From Chthoniobacteraceae bacterium (GTDB lineage: Bacteria; Verrucomicrobiota; Verrucomicrobiia; Chthoniobacterales; Chthoniobacteraceae), in contig JBEBGD010000055.1 in the NCBI GenBank assembly GCA_040081625.1, forward strand, positions 1 to 35,773: a DNA stretch of 35,773 nt, given 5' to 3'. The position numbers and the translations under genes are program-made. Positions 15,867 through 25,936 of this stretch are shown in pieces. The first letter of the stretch is position 1; every line of letters begins with the position of its first letter. Below the pieces are notes generated by a model that made no database searches, had not been told where the DNA came from, and was given only the letters and a program-made list of their open reading frames with translations.

Positions 15867-18590
15867 ATGACGAACACTTTGCCAAGACCGGGCCAGCGTT
15901 GGGTCAGCGATTCCGAGCCGGAGTTGGGGCTCGGCATTATTTTGAAGGCCGAGTTTGGCCGCGTGGAGTTGCATTTCCCGGCTGCGAGCGAGCAGCGCCA
16001 GTATGCGCTCAAGACCGCGCCGCTACGACGCGTGAAGTTCAAGGAAGGTGACCGCATCAAGCTGCACTCGGGCGAGCAACTCACTGCCGATCGCGTCGAG
16101 GATCGCAACGGCTTGCTCATCTACCACTGCGGCGCGCGCGAAGTCGCCGAGGCGGAGCTTTCCGACACGATCAGCTTTAGCACGCCGGAGGAGCGGTTGC
16201 TCGTCGGGCAGACCGACGAACTTCAGTCCTTCGAGCTGCGCGTCGAGGCCTTGCAGCGGCGCTGCGCGATGCGCAAGTCGCCCGTGCGTGGCTACGTCGG
16301 CGGGCGCGTGGACTTGCTGCCGCACCAGATGTTCATCGCCGGCGAAGTCGCCTCGCGCCTCGTGCCGCGCGTGCTGCTCGCGGATGAAGTCGGCCTCGGC
16401 AAGACGATCGAGGCGGGGCTGATCCTTCACCGCCTGCACCTCACGGGACGCGCGGCGCGCGTGCTCATCGTGGTGCCGGAGCCGCTCGTGCATCAGTGGT
16501 TCATCGAGCTGCTGCGGCGCTTCAATCTGCTCTTCTCGATTTTCGACGCCGAGCGCTGCGAGGCGATCGCGCAGGGCGACGCCGCGGTGAATCCATTCCT
16601 CGACAGCCAGCTCGTGCTCTGCGGGCTGAACCTGCTGACCGACTCCGCGGAAAACGCGCGCACCGTGCTCGATGCCGGCTGGGACTTGCTCGTCGTCGAT
16701 GAAGCGCATCATCTCGCGTGGACGCCGCAGGTTGCGAGTCCGCAGTATCAGCTCGTCGAGGCGCTCGCGCGCAAGACGCCCGGCCTGCTCCTGCTCACCG
16801 CGACGCCGCAGCAGCTCGGCCCCGAGGGACACTTCGCGCGCCTGCGCCTGCTCGATCCCGATCGCTACGCGGACCTCGGCGCCTTTCTCGCCGAAGCCGG
16901 ACATTACGAGCAGGTCGCGCACGCCATCGACCGGCTGATCGACGGCAAGCCGCTCGGCAAGGCCGACCGCGAGATGTTCGGCGAGAAGTCCGCGCGCATC
17001 CGCCAGCGCTGCGACGAACTCGCGGCGGGGGACGAGGCGGCTCGCGCACGGCTGGTCGCGGAACTGCTCGACGAATTCGGAACCGGTCGGGTGATGTTCC
17101 GCAACACACGCGCGACGCTCCACGGTTTCCCGAAACGCAAGGCGGAACTCGTGCCGCTCGACGACTCCGGCGATACGAAAGTGAAATGGCTCGCGGCGCT
17201 GCTGCGCGAGTTGCGCAAGGCAAAGGTGCTCCTGATCTGCCGCACGAAGGAACTCGCGATCGACCTCCACGAACGCCTCCAGCGCGAGATCGCCGTCGCC
17301 GCCGCGCTCTTCCACGAAGACCTCACGCTGCTCCAGCGCGACCGCAACGCCGCGTTCTTCGCCGAGGAAGACGGCGCGCGAATCCTCATGTGCTCGGAGA
17401 TCGGCAGCGAAGGCCGCAACTTCCAGTTCGCGCATCATCTTGTGCTTTTCGATCTGCCGGACGATCCCGAGCTTCTCGAGCAACGCATCGGCCGTCTCGA
17501 TCGGATCGGGCAGACAGCGACGATCCGCATCCATGTTCCGTTCGCGCGCGGCACAGGCGACGAGGTGCTCGCGCGGTGGTATCACGAGGGGCTGAACGCC
17601 TTCGAGAGAAACCTGCACGGCGCCACCGAGATCGCGACCTCGCTCGCGGGCGACCTTTCCGCGCTTCGCGAGACGTTCGATCCGGAGAAACTCACCGCCT
17701 TCATCGCCGAGTCGCGCAAGCTCCAGGCGCGCGTGACGAAGAAGCTCGAGCGCGGCCACGACCGGTTGCTGGAGCTCAACTCCTGCAAGCCGGAGCAGGC
17801 CGCCCACATCATCGATCAAGTCCACACCGCCGACGCCGACACGGACTTTGAGGCGTTCTTCGTCCGGCTGTCCGATCACTTCGGCGTCGCGGTCGAGGAG
17901 ATGGCGCCGCGCAGCTACATCCTTCGCCGCGGTCATCTGCTCACCGACGCGTTCAGCGTGCCGGAGGACGGTCAGTCGATCACTTTCGACCGCACTCGGG
18001 CGCTGAGCCGCGACGATCTCGGATTCATGAGCTGGGATCATCCGATGCTGCGCTCCGCACTCGATCTACTGCTCGGCAGCGAGCAGGGGAACAGCGCTTT
18101 CGGCGTGTGGAAAGGCGGCGGCAGCGAAGCGATCATGATCGAGGCACACCTCATCGCCGAGTGCGTCGCGCCCGCAGCGCTGCACGCCGATCGCTTTCTC
18201 CCGGCGACGCCGGTCCGTGTCGTCGTCGATCACGCTCTGACCGAGCATACCGACGACCCCGCCGTCGCTGCCGCGCAGCTCGAGAAAGGCGACATCTTTC
18301 GACTGCTCGATCGCGGAGTGGTGAAAAAGAAGCTCATTCCCGCAATGCTCGCGAAGGCGAAGGAACTCGCGGCAGCACGGATGCAGGCGCTGGTCTCCGA
18401 AGCGATGACGGCGATGAACGCGCAACTCGCGCACGAGATCGAGCGACTCGAAACGCTGGCCGAGCTGAACGATCACGTGACGCCCGCTGAGATCGCCGCC
18501 GCGCGCCAGCAGCAGACCGATCTTCAATTCGTGCTCGCCGCCACCGACTTGCGCCTCGACTCGGTGCGATTGATTTTCCGCGTGCCGTAG
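15867..18590 (+). CDS. rapA: RNA polymerase-associated SWI2/SNF2 ATPase RapA (HepA)
   Basis: RapA-like N-terminus PGQRWVSDSEPELGLG. Motifs LLADEVGLGKTIEAG, VVDEAHH, LLTATP, SEIGSEGRNFQF, EQRIGRLDRIGQ and DRLLELNS. Confidence 0.93.
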   Translation: MTNTLPRPGQRWVSDSEPELGLGIILKAEFGRVELHFPAASEQRQYALKTAPLRRVKFKEGDRIKLHSGEQLTADRVEDRNGLLIYHCGAREVAEAELSDTISFSTPEERLLVGQTDELQSFELRVEALQRRCAMRKSPVRGYVGGRVDLLPHQMFIAGEVASRLVPRVLLADEVGLGKTIEAGLILHRLHLTGRAARVLIVVPEPLVHQWFIELLRRFNLLFSIFDAERCEAIAQGDAAVNPFLDSQLVLCGLNLLTDSAENARTVLDAGWDLLVVDEAHHLAWTPQVASPQYQLVEALARKTPGLLLLTATPQQLGPEGHFARLRLLDPDRYADLGAFLAEAGHYEQVAHAIDRLIDGKPLGKADREMFGEKSARIRQRCDELAAGDEAARARLVAELLDEFGTGRVMFRNTRATLHGFPKRKAELVPLDDSGDTKVKWLAALLRELRKAKVLLICRTKELAIDLHERLQREIAVAAALFHEDLTLLQRDRNAAFFAEEDGARILMCSEIGSEGRNFQFAHHLVLFDLPDDPELLEQRIGRLDRIGQTATIRIHVPFARGTGDEVLARWYHEGLNAFERNLHGATEIATSLAGDLSALRETFDPEKLTAFIAESRKLQARVTKKLERGHDRLLELNSCKPEQAAHIIDQVHTADADTDFEAFFVRLSDHFGVAVEEMAPRSYILRRGHLLTDAFSVPEDGQSITFDRTRALSRDDLGFMSWDHPMLRSALDLLLGSEQGNSAFGVWKGGGSEAIMIEAHLIAECVAPAALHADRFLPATPVRVVVDHALTEHTDDPAVAAAQLEKGDIFRLLDRGVVKKKLIPAMLAKAKELAAARMQALVSEAMTAMNAQLAHEIERLETLAELNDHVTPAEIAAARQQQTDLQFVLAATDLRLDSVRLIFRVP

Positions 18591-18606
18591 GCATACACCT
18601 CGCCCC

Positions 18607-19497
18607 ATGAACTCCCGCGCATTCCTCGCCGCCCTGCTGCTCGCCACCGGTCTTCTCCCTGCGAGCGCGCGGGCGCAGGCTGACTTCACCCGCACCGAGG
18701 ACGTCGTGTATGGGCGCAAGTTCGGCGTCGCGCTCACGCTCGATGTCATCCAGCCCGCGAAGCCGAACGGCTACGGCATCGTCTTCATGGTCAGCGGTGG
18801 GTGGGTTTCCCGGCATGAGGCGATCAGCCCCCGCGGCTACGCGCCCTATCTCGATCGCGGCTACACGGTCTTCGCGGTCTGCCACGGCTGTCAGCCGAAG
18901 TTCATCATCCCTGAGATCACGCAGGACATCCATCGAGCCGTCCGTTTCATCCGCCACAATGCGGCGAAGTGGAACGTGAACGCGGACAAACTCGGCATCA
19001 CCGGCGGCAGCGCGGGCGGGCATCTCTCGCTGACCATGGGCACGCAAGGCGGGCCCGGCGATCCGCAGGCAAAGGACGCGATCGATCGCGCGAGCAGCGC
19101 CGTGCAGGCGGTCGCGTGCTTCTATCCACCCACCGATTTCCTAAATTACGGCCAGCCCGGCGAGGATGCCGTCGGCGTCGGCACGCTCGCGAATTACGTC
19201 GGCGCCTTCGGGCCGCAGTCGGCCACCGCGGACGGCCGGCAGGTGCTCGGAAAAGCGATCTCGCCCATCTACTTCATCACCCCGCAACTCCCGCCGACGC
19301 TCATCATTCACGGCGATGCGGACAAACTCGTGCCGATGCATCAGGCGGAGACCTTCGTGCAAAAGGCCGTCGCTGCAGGCGCGACCGCGAAGCTCATCGT
19401 CAAGCCCGGCGCCGCGCACGGCTGGCCCGACTTGCAGAAGGACATGGTCGCGCTGGCCGATTGGTTCGACGCGCACCTGCGCGGGATCAAGCCGTAG
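18607..19497 (+). CDS. Secreted alpha/beta hydrolase (esterase/lipase-like)
   Basis: Signal peptide ending ARA, oxyanion region SGGW, nucleophile elbow GGSAGG, HGDADKLV (Asp) and GAAHGW (His). Confidence 0.88.
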   Translation: MNSRAFLAALLLATGLLPASARAQADFTRTEDVVYGRKFGVALTLDVIQPAKPNGYGIVFMVSGGWVSRHEAISPRGYAPYLDRGYTVFAVCHGCQPKFIIPEITQDIHRAVRFIRHNAAKWNVNADKLGITGGSAGGHLSLTMGTQGGPGDPQAKDAIDRASSAVQAVACFYPPTDFLNYGQPGEDAVGVGTLANYVGAFGPQSATADGRQVLGKAISPIYFITPQLPPTLIIHGDADKLVPMHQAETFVQKAVAAGATAKLIVKPGAAHGWPDLQKDMVALADWFDAHLRGIKP

Positions 19498-19547
19498 GAC
19501 ACGGACCGGGCGCCAACCATCGCTGGCGCGGACGCCGGTTCGCGGCT

Positions 19548-19567
19548 AAAGGGCTCGCCCTTTTTTT
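19548..19567 (+). terminator. Short hairpin plus U-tract (intrinsic terminator-like)
   Basis: AAAGGG-CTCG-CCCTTT running into T7 (19561-19567). The stem is short and lies 8 nt before the next ATG, so the role is uncertain. Confidence 0.35.
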
Positions 19568-19575
19568 GACCTGCC

Positions 19576-21192
19576 ATGCTTTCCATTCGCGATCTCAAAA
19601 TCTCTGCCGGCGGCCGCACCCTCTTCGAGGAGGCTGCCATGCAGGTGAACTACGGCGAACGCGTCGCGCTCGTCGGGCCGAATGGCTCGGGCAAGTCCAC
19701 GCTCTTCTCGATCATCCTCCACCAGAACGATCCGGATGCGGGCACCGTCGAGCGCGATGCGTGGACCATGGTCGGCTACCTCCCGCAGGAGGGGGAAGCC
19801 GTGGGCGATGAATCCGTGATGGATGTCGCCACGGGGCGCGCGGGCGAAGTGCCGCGCCTCGAAGCGTGCCTCGCGAAACTCGAGCAGGCGGGCGATGTCG
19901 AGAGCCCGGAGTATCTCGAAGCCCACGCCAAACACGAGGCGCTGTGCGATGCCGGCGTGGACGCAAAGGCGAAGAAGATCATGGCCGGCCTCGGCTTCCG
20001 CGCGACCGACTACGATCGCCCCGCGCGCGAGATGAGCGGCGGCTGGGTCATGCGCGCGCACCTCGCGCGGCTGCTCGTGATGGAGCCCGACCTGCTCATG
20101 CTCGACGAGCCGACGAACCACCTCGACCTCCTCGCCCTGCTGTGGCTTCAGCAATACCTCAGGAACTACTCCGGCGCCGTGCTGCTCATCTCGCACGACA
20201 GGCAGTTCATGGATGAAATCGTCGAGACCGTTTACGACATCGCCGACCGCAAGCTGATCTCCTACACCGGCAACTACTCGTCCTATCTCGAGCAGCGCGA
20301 GGCGCGCTACGAGCAGCAGTCCGCCGCTTACAAAAATCAGCAGAAGGAAATCGGCGCGTTGCAGGAGTTCGTCGATCGCTTCCGCAGCGTCACCTCGAAG
20401 GCCTCACAAGCGCAGAGCAAGCTCAAGCAGATCGAGCGCATGGAGAAGATCGAGAAGCCGCTACCGCCGAAGAAACCCTTTCGCTTCAACATCCCGCAGC
20501 CGCCGCGCAGCGGCACGGTGGCGATGTCGCTCACGGGCATCCACATGGCCTACGGCGAAAATGTCGTCTATCGCGGGCTCGACCTTACCGTTGAGCGCGA
20601 CGAGCGCACTGTGCTCGTGGGGCCGAATGGCGCCGGCAAATCCACGGTGCTCAAGATCCTCGCCGGCGTGCTCGACTTCCAGAAGGGCACGCGCAAGCCC
20701 GGCCTCAACGCGAAGATCGGCTACTTCAGCCAGCATCGCGCCGCCACGCTCGACGCGAACAAATCCATCCTCGACGAAGTCATGGACGCCGGCGCGACCG
20801 CGGGCCTGGTGGACAGCGATGCGCGCGCGATCCTCGGCAGCTTTCTGTTCAAGAAGGATGACATCTACAAGCGCACCGGCGTTCTCAGCGGCGGCGAGAA
20901 GACGAGGCTGAACCTCATCAAGTTCCTCGTCGATCCGCCGAACCTGCTGCTCATGGACGAGCCCACGACGCACCTCGACATCCACACCGTCGAGTCGCTC
21001 ATCCTCGCGCTCGAAGCCTACGCCGGCACGCTCGTCTTCATCTCCCACGACGTTCACTTCATCCGCAAGCTCGCGAACAAAGTCCTGCACGTGAAGGACG
21101 GGACCGTGAAGCCGTATCCCGGCGGCTACGACTACTTCCTCGAGAAGACCGGCGCGCTCGACGACGAGCGAGCGGCGCTGACGGCGGGCTAG
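19576..21192 (+). CDS. ABC-F family ribosome-associated ATPase
   Basis: Two NBDs (GPNGSGKST/MSGGW/LDEPTNHLD and GPNGAGKST/LSGGE/MDEPTTHLD), an inter-domain linker from YTGNYSSY to AQSKLK, and no TM segments. Confidence 0.93.
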   Translation: MLSIRDLKISAGGRTLFEEAAMQVNYGERVALVGPNGSGKSTLFSIILHQNDPDAGTVERDAWTMVGYLPQEGEAVGDESVMDVATGRAGEVPRLEACLAKLEQAGDVESPEYLEAHAKHEALCDAGVDAKAKKIMAGLGFRATDYDRPAREMSGGWVMRAHLARLLVMEPDLLMLDEPTNHLDLLALLWLQQYLRNYSGAVLLISHDRQFMDEIVETVYDIADRKLISYTGNYSSYLEQREARYEQQSAAYKNQQKEIGALQEFVDRFRSVTSKASQAQSKLKQIERMEKIEKPLPPKKPFRFNIPQPPRSGTVAMSLTGIHMAYGENVVYRGLDLTVERDERTVLVGPNGAGKSTVLKILAGVLDFQKGTRKPGLNAKIGYFSQHRAATLDANKSILDEVMDAGATAGLVDSDARAILGSFLFKKDDIYKRTGVLSGGEKTRLNLIKFLVDPPNLLLMDEPTTHLDIHTVESLILALEAYAGTLVFISHDVHFIRKLANKVLHVKDGTVKPYPGGYDYFLEKTGALDDERAALTAG

Positions 21193-21385
21193 GGCGATCA
21201 TCCTTCGCGGAGCGCAGGAGTCGGTCGGCGATTCACCGGCGATCATCGAGGGATCATGCCGGTTGACCCTGCGTTGCATCGCCCGGACTGTAGCGGTGTT
21301 TCGTTCAGGGCTGCTCGCCGCCTGCCGGGTGAGTCACTGGTCGCTGCCGCGTTGAGGCGTGCGAAATCTCAGGACCCCGCCGCTC

Positions 21386-23668
21386 ATGGAAAATACGTCG
21401 AACACCAAACACATCGCCTTTCTCGGCGACTACGTGCCGCGACGCTGCGGCATCGCCACATTCACCGCGGACATTTGCGAGGCCGTCGCGGCGGAGTTTC
21501 CCGAGACGCAGTGCATCGTCGGGTCCGTGAACGACCGGCCCGAAGGCTACGACTACCCGGAGCGCGTGCGGTTCGAGATCGACGAACAGGAGCTCGATTC
21601 CTACCGGCGCGCGGCGGAGTTTCTCAACATCAACAATGTCGAGGTCGTCTCGGTGCAGCACGAGTTCGGGATCTATGGCGGCGCGGCGGGCAGTCATCTG
21701 CTGGCCTTTCTGCGCGAGGTCCGCAAGCCGGTGGTGACGACTCTGCACACGGTGCTCAGCGAGCCGAACGCCGATCAGCGCGCGGTGATGGAACAACTCG
21801 GCGTGCTCTCGAACCGTTTCATCGTGATGGCAGAACGCGGGCGGGACATGCTGGTGAAAATCTACGGCGTGGACCCGGAGAAGATCGATCTCATCCCGCA
21901 CGGCGTGATCGACATGCCGTTCATCGACTCAAACTTTTACAAGGACGTCTTTGGCGTCGAGGGCAAAACGGTGCTTCTCACCTTCGGGCTGCTCTCGCCG
22001 AACAAGGGCATCGAATATGTGATCGACGCGCTGCCGGCGATCCTTCGCCAGCATCCGAACATCGTCTATATCGTGCTCGGCGCGACGCATCCGCATTTGC
22101 TCGCGCACGAGGGCGAGGCTTACCGGCGCAAGCTCGAACGCCTCGTGCTGGAGCGCGGCGTGAGCGAGCACGTGATCTTCCACAACCGCTTCGCGACGAT
22201 CGAGGAGTTGAAGGAATACATCGGTGCGGCGGACATCTACATCACGCCGTATCTCAACGAAGCGCAGATCACCTCGGGCACGCTGGCCTACACTTTCGGC
22301 GCCGGGAAGGCGGTCGTCTCGACGCCGTATTGGCATGCGCAGGAACTGCTCGCCGGAGAGCGCGGCGTGCTCGTGCCGTTCCGGGATTCGCACGCCATCG
22401 CGGAAGGGGTGAACCATTTCCTCTCGAACCCGACGCTGATGACGGCGATGCGCAAGCGCGCGTGGAAGGCGGGGCGCGAGATGATCTGGCCGGTGGTGGC
22501 GCGGCGCTACATGGAGAGCTTCGAGCGCGCCCGCGCGAGTCTCAGCGCTCCGTCCACCGAGACGCTGGCCGTGCGACGGATCGAAAACTCGGATTACCCG
22601 GTGCCGCCGCTGAAGCTCGATCACTTGTTCAAGATGAGCGACCACACGGGCATCTTCCAGCACGCCATCTACAACGTGCCGAATTACCACGAGGGCTACT
22701 GCACCGATGACAACGCGCGCGCCTTCATCTTCACCGTGCTGCTCCAGCAAATCGCCGAGCCGCAACCGGAGATCGAGCGACTGACCAGCAGCTACCTCGC
22801 GTTCCTCTGGTATGCCTTCGATGCGAACACCTGCCGGTTCCGCAACTTCATGAACCATCACCGCGAATGGATCGAGCGTGCGGGCTCGGAGGACAGTCAT
22901 GCGCGCGCGCTGTGGGCCGTCGGCACTGCGCTCGGGCGCTCGCACGATGCCGGGCATCGCAATCTCTGCGCGCTGCTTTTCCAGCGCGGGCTGCCGCCGG
23001 TCGCGCGGTTCAGTTCGCCGCGGGCGTGGGCCTTTGCGCTGCTCGCGATCCACGAATACCTGCGCACATTTTCCGGCGACCGCGTGGTCAGCCAGATGCG
23101 CGATGTGCTCGCCGGCCAGCTCGTGGGATTGTTCCGCGCGAATTCGTCGCCCGCCTGGCAATGGTTTGAGCGAACCGCCACCTACGATAACGCCAAGCTC
23201 TCACACGCGCTCATTCTCAGCGGCCACTGGACGTCCAATGGCGAGATGCTCGACATCGGCCTCACCTCGCTCCGCTGGCTGCTCGAGGCGCAGACCGCGG
23301 ACGGTGGACACTTCACTCCCATCGGCTGCCACGGGTTTTGGTCGCAGGGCGGTGAGCGGGCGCGTTTCGATCAACAACCGCTCGAAGCCCACGCGATGGT
23401 GTCCGCCTGTCTCGAAGCCTTCGCCGTGACGCGCGACCGGTTTTGGGAGAAGGCGGCGCGCCGCTGCTTCGAGTGGTTTCTGGGCCGGAACGATCTGGGT
23501 CTGCCGCTCTACGATCCCGTCACGGGTGGCTGCCGCGATGCGTTGCTCCAGGATCATCTCAACGAAAACCAGGGCGCAGAATCGAGCCTCGCATTCTACC
23601 TCTCGCTCGCCGAGCTGACCCATGCCGGCGCCGGGAAGGCCGCGAATCTCGAATCATGCGCAGCCTGA
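21386..23668 (+). CDS. GT4 glycosyltransferase fused to a C-terminal helical (six-hairpin glycosidase-like) domain
   Basis: YVPRRCGIATF, QHEFGIYGG, TFGLLSPNKGIE and QITSGTL. C-terminal domain has GYCTDDNARA, FDQQPLEA and NENQGAES. Confidence 0.88.
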   Translation: MENTSNTKHIAFLGDYVPRRCGIATFTADICEAVAAEFPETQCIVGSVNDRPEGYDYPERVRFEIDEQELDSYRRAAEFLNINNVEVVSVQHEFGIYGGAAGSHLLAFLREVRKPVVTTLHTVLSEPNADQRAVMEQLGVLSNRFIVMAERGRDMLVKIYGVDPEKIDLIPHGVIDMPFIDSNFYKDVFGVEGKTVLLTFGLLSPNKGIEYVIDALPAILRQHPNIVYIVLGATHPHLLAHEGEAYRRKLERLVLERGVSEHVIFHNRFATIEELKEYIGAADIYITPYLNEAQITSGTLAYTFGAGKAVVSTPYWHAQELLAGERGVLVPFRDSHAIAEGVNHFLSNPTLMTAMRKRAWKAGREMIWPVVARRYMESFERARASLSAPSTETLAVRRIENSDYPVPPLKLDHLFKMSDHTGIFQHAIYNVPNYHEGYCTDDNARAFIFTVLLQQIAEPQPEIERLTSSYLAFLWYAFDANTCRFRNFMNHHREWIERAGSEDSHARALWAVGTALGRSHDAGHRNLCALLFQRGLPPVARFSSPRAWAFALLAIHEYLRTFSGDRVVSQMRDVLAGQLVGLFRANSSPAWQWFERTATYDNAKLSHALILSGHWTSNGEMLDIGLTSLRWLLEAQTADGGHFTPIGCHGFWSQGGERARFDQQPLEAHAMVSACLEAFAVTRDRFWEKAARRCFEWFLGRNDLGLPLYDPVTGGCRDALLQDHLNENQGAESSLAFYLSLAELTHAGAGKAANLESCAA

Positions 23669-25119
23669 CGATTCAGCAGAGCGGCATCACGCTACGACCG
23701 AACAACGCGCGGGTGCTGATCCGGCCGTTCGTTCCCGGCGACACGGCGCGCGTGGTCAATGTCATCGGCCGCGCACTCGCGTTCAGCGAGGGCGAGATCG
23801 AGGAGCAATTGGTCGCTGTCACCGAGGACTTCGGCAGCCGGCACCTGAACCTGCGCACGTTCTGGCGTCGTCACTTCGATCGGGTGAAAGCCCACGTCTT
23901 CAGCGGACGCCCTCTTTCCGAGGCTCGCCAGCTCTACATCGGCGCGCTGTTCTCCGGCGAATACGCGCTCGAAGCCGCCGCTCTTTTCAATCCCTCGATC
24001 GTGCCGCACCCGGACCAGTCCGGCCTCCCCGATGGCGATCTCCGCTTCATCATGAGCCTGCGCGCGACGGGCGAGGGCCATATCTCGTCGATCGAATTCC
24101 GCACTGGCATCATCCACGCCGACGACGCGATCGCGATGGAGGAGCCCTCGCGGTTCGTCACCGCGCCGGTGCAAAATCCGAACCCGACGTATCGCAAGAC
24201 GGTCTTCCTCCACAAGCTGATGGAGATGGGTTTTGAAAACGAATGGTCCAGCGCGCTCATGGAGTCTTTGGGCAAGGACTTCACGCTCAGCGAACTGGAA
24301 GAGGCCATGCGCCATGCACCGCACGGTTCCGGTCCGCTGCCGCGCGAAGTGCAGCGCACCAGCGAGTGCGTGCGCTGGCTCGCTGAGTCGAACTACGAAG
24401 TCCACTTCGACCCATCGGTCGCCGTCTCCGAGCGCATCATCTTTCCCGTCTCTTCGAATGAGAGCAACGGCATGGAAGACGCGCGCTTCGTCCGCTTCGT
24501 CGAGGACGACGGCTCCGTGCTCTACTACGCGACTTACACCGCCTACAACGGCCGGGCGATCCTGCCGCAGCTCCTCGAGACGACCGATTTCCTCGCCTTC
24601 CGTGCGCGCACGCTCAATGGCCGCGCCGTGCAAAACAAAGGCATGGCCTTCTTCCCGCGCCGCATCGCGGGCCGCTACGCGATGATCTCGCGGCAGGACG
24701 ACGAGAATCTCTTCCTCATGTTCTCCGACAACCCGCATTTCTGGAGCGAGCCGCAGTTGCTGCGCCGGCCGAGCCAGCCGTGGGAAGCCGTGAAGATCGG
24801 CAACTGCGGCTCGCCCCTGGAGACCGCCGCTGGCTGGCTGGTCATCACCCACGGCGTCGGCCCGATGCGCAAGTATAGCATCGGCGCCATCCTCCTCGAC
24901 TTGGACGAGCCGACCCGGGTGCTCGCGGAACTCAAGGAGCCGCTCCTGCAAGCCGCCGGGTCCGGGCGCGAAGGCTACGTGCCGAACGTCGTCTATACCT
25001 GCGGCGCGCTGCTCCATCGCGACCGCTTGATTCTCCCCTACGGCCTCAGCGACACGGCCACGACGATCGTCTCGATGAGCATCGACGAGTTACTCGCGGC
25101 TCTCACGCCGTGCGGTTGA
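23656..25119 (+). CDS. GH130-family glycoside phosphorylase/hydrolase (COG2152-like)
   Basis: ALFNPSIV, GMEDARF, YYATYTAYNG, QNKGMAFFP, KIGNCGSP and GYVPNVVYTCG. Overlaps the end of the GT4 gene. Confidence 0.88.
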   Translation: MRSLTIQQSGITLRPNNARVLIRPFVPGDTARVVNVIGRALAFSEGEIEEQLVAVTEDFGSRHLNLRTFWRRHFDRVKAHVFSGRPLSEARQLYIGALFSGEYALEAAALFNPSIVPHPDQSGLPDGDLRFIMSLRATGEGHISSIEFRTGIIHADDAIAMEEPSRFVTAPVQNPNPTYRKTVFLHKLMEMGFENEWSSALMESLGKDFTLSELEEAMRHAPHGSGPLPREVQRTSECVRWLAESNYEVHFDPSVAVSERIIFPVSSNESNGMEDARFVRFVEDDGSVLYYATYTAYNGRAILPQLLETTDFLAFRARTLNGRAVQNKGMAFFPRRIAGRYAMISRQDDENLFLMFSDNPHFWSEPQLLRRPSQPWEAVKIGNCGSPLETAAGWLVITHGVGPMRKYSIGAILLDLDEPTRVLAELKEPLLQAAGSGREGYVPNVVYTCGALLHRDRLILPYGLSDTATTIVSMSIDELLAALTPCG

Positions 25120-25936
25120 GCCAGCCGGCGAGCACGCACCACATCTTTTCCCAGCGCTTTAGCCGGTAGCGGCGCGTGAGGGTGCGGAAGCCGTCGCGCT
25201 GCATCTTTCGCAGCAGGCGCTGATACACGCGGCGCATGATCTCCGCGGCGACGAGCGCCTTTCGATCGCCAGCCGGGAGCGCGGCGCGCGCGCTCTCGTA
25301 AAGCGCAAAGGCTCGCTGCGCCTCGAACGCCATCAGCGCGCGATACATTTCGTCCTCCTGCTGCATGGCGAGTCCGCCGACATCGTAGCCGAATTGATCC
25401 ATGTCGGCGCGCGGCAGATAGACGCGGCCCTCGTTCGCGTAGTCGTGCCCCACGTCGCGGATGATGTTCGTGAGCTGCAAGGCGAGCCCGAGATTGGCGG
25501 CGTAGCTTTTCGCCTGCGGATCGCGCGCGCCGAAGATCTCGACGCTCACGAGCCCGACCACGCTCGCGACTCGGTGGCAGTAGAGCCGCAGCTCATCCCA
25601 CGTCTCGAACACGGTGCCATGCACATCCATTTCGCAGCCGTGGATGATCTCGATGAAGTGCTCGACCGGCAGTCGATGGCGCTCGATCAGATCGCGCACG
25701 ACGGCGGCCAGCTTCGGTTCGTTCGGTTGCGGACCCGCGACGCATTGCTTCCACTTCGCGAGCGCAGCCAGGCGATCTTCGCGCTGGAGGCCGGGCTCGT
25801 CGGCGAGGTCATCCACCACGCGGCAAAAGCTGTAGAAGACGTTCATATCCCGCCGCACGCCGCGCGGCAGGACGACGAAGGCGAGCGCGAGATTGGATTT
25901 GCTGGCGCGGGTGATTGTCTCCGCCTCGGCGCTCAT
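25103..25936 (-). CDS. hpnD: Squalene/phytoene synthase family, most like presqualene diphosphate synthase HpnD
   Basis: SNLALAF, YSFCRVVDDLADE, YCHRVASVVG, LGLALQLTNIIRDVGHD and GRVYLP. The split between HpnD and CrtB is not certain. Confidence 0.75.
   Translation of the reverse strand: MSAEAETITRASKSNLALAFVVLPRGVRRDMNVFYSFCRVVDDLADEPGLQREDRLAALAKWKQCVAGPQPNEPKLAAVVRDLIERHRLPVEHFIEIIHGCEMDVHGTVFETWDELRLYCHRVASVVGLVSVEIFGARDPQAKSYAANLGLALQLTNIIRDVGHDYANEGRVYLPRADMDQFGYDVGGLAMQQEDEMYRALMAFEAQRAFALYESARAALPAGDRKALVAAEIMRRVYQRLLRKMQRDGFRTLTRRYRLKRWEKMWCVLAGWLNRTA

Noticed and set aside
15686..16120. 145-aa N-terminal extension of the desaturase ORF
   Set aside because: It would overlap rapA and its promoter and has no desaturase-like character.
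16023..18041. 672-aa minus-strand ORF
   Set aside because: Antisense shadow of rapA.
21193..21385. Possible riboswitch/ncRNA or operator (GGCGATCATC at 21193 and 21238) upstream of the GT4 gene
   Set aside because: No known riboswitch consensus recognised and the repeats are short. An Rfam/Infernal search would be needed.
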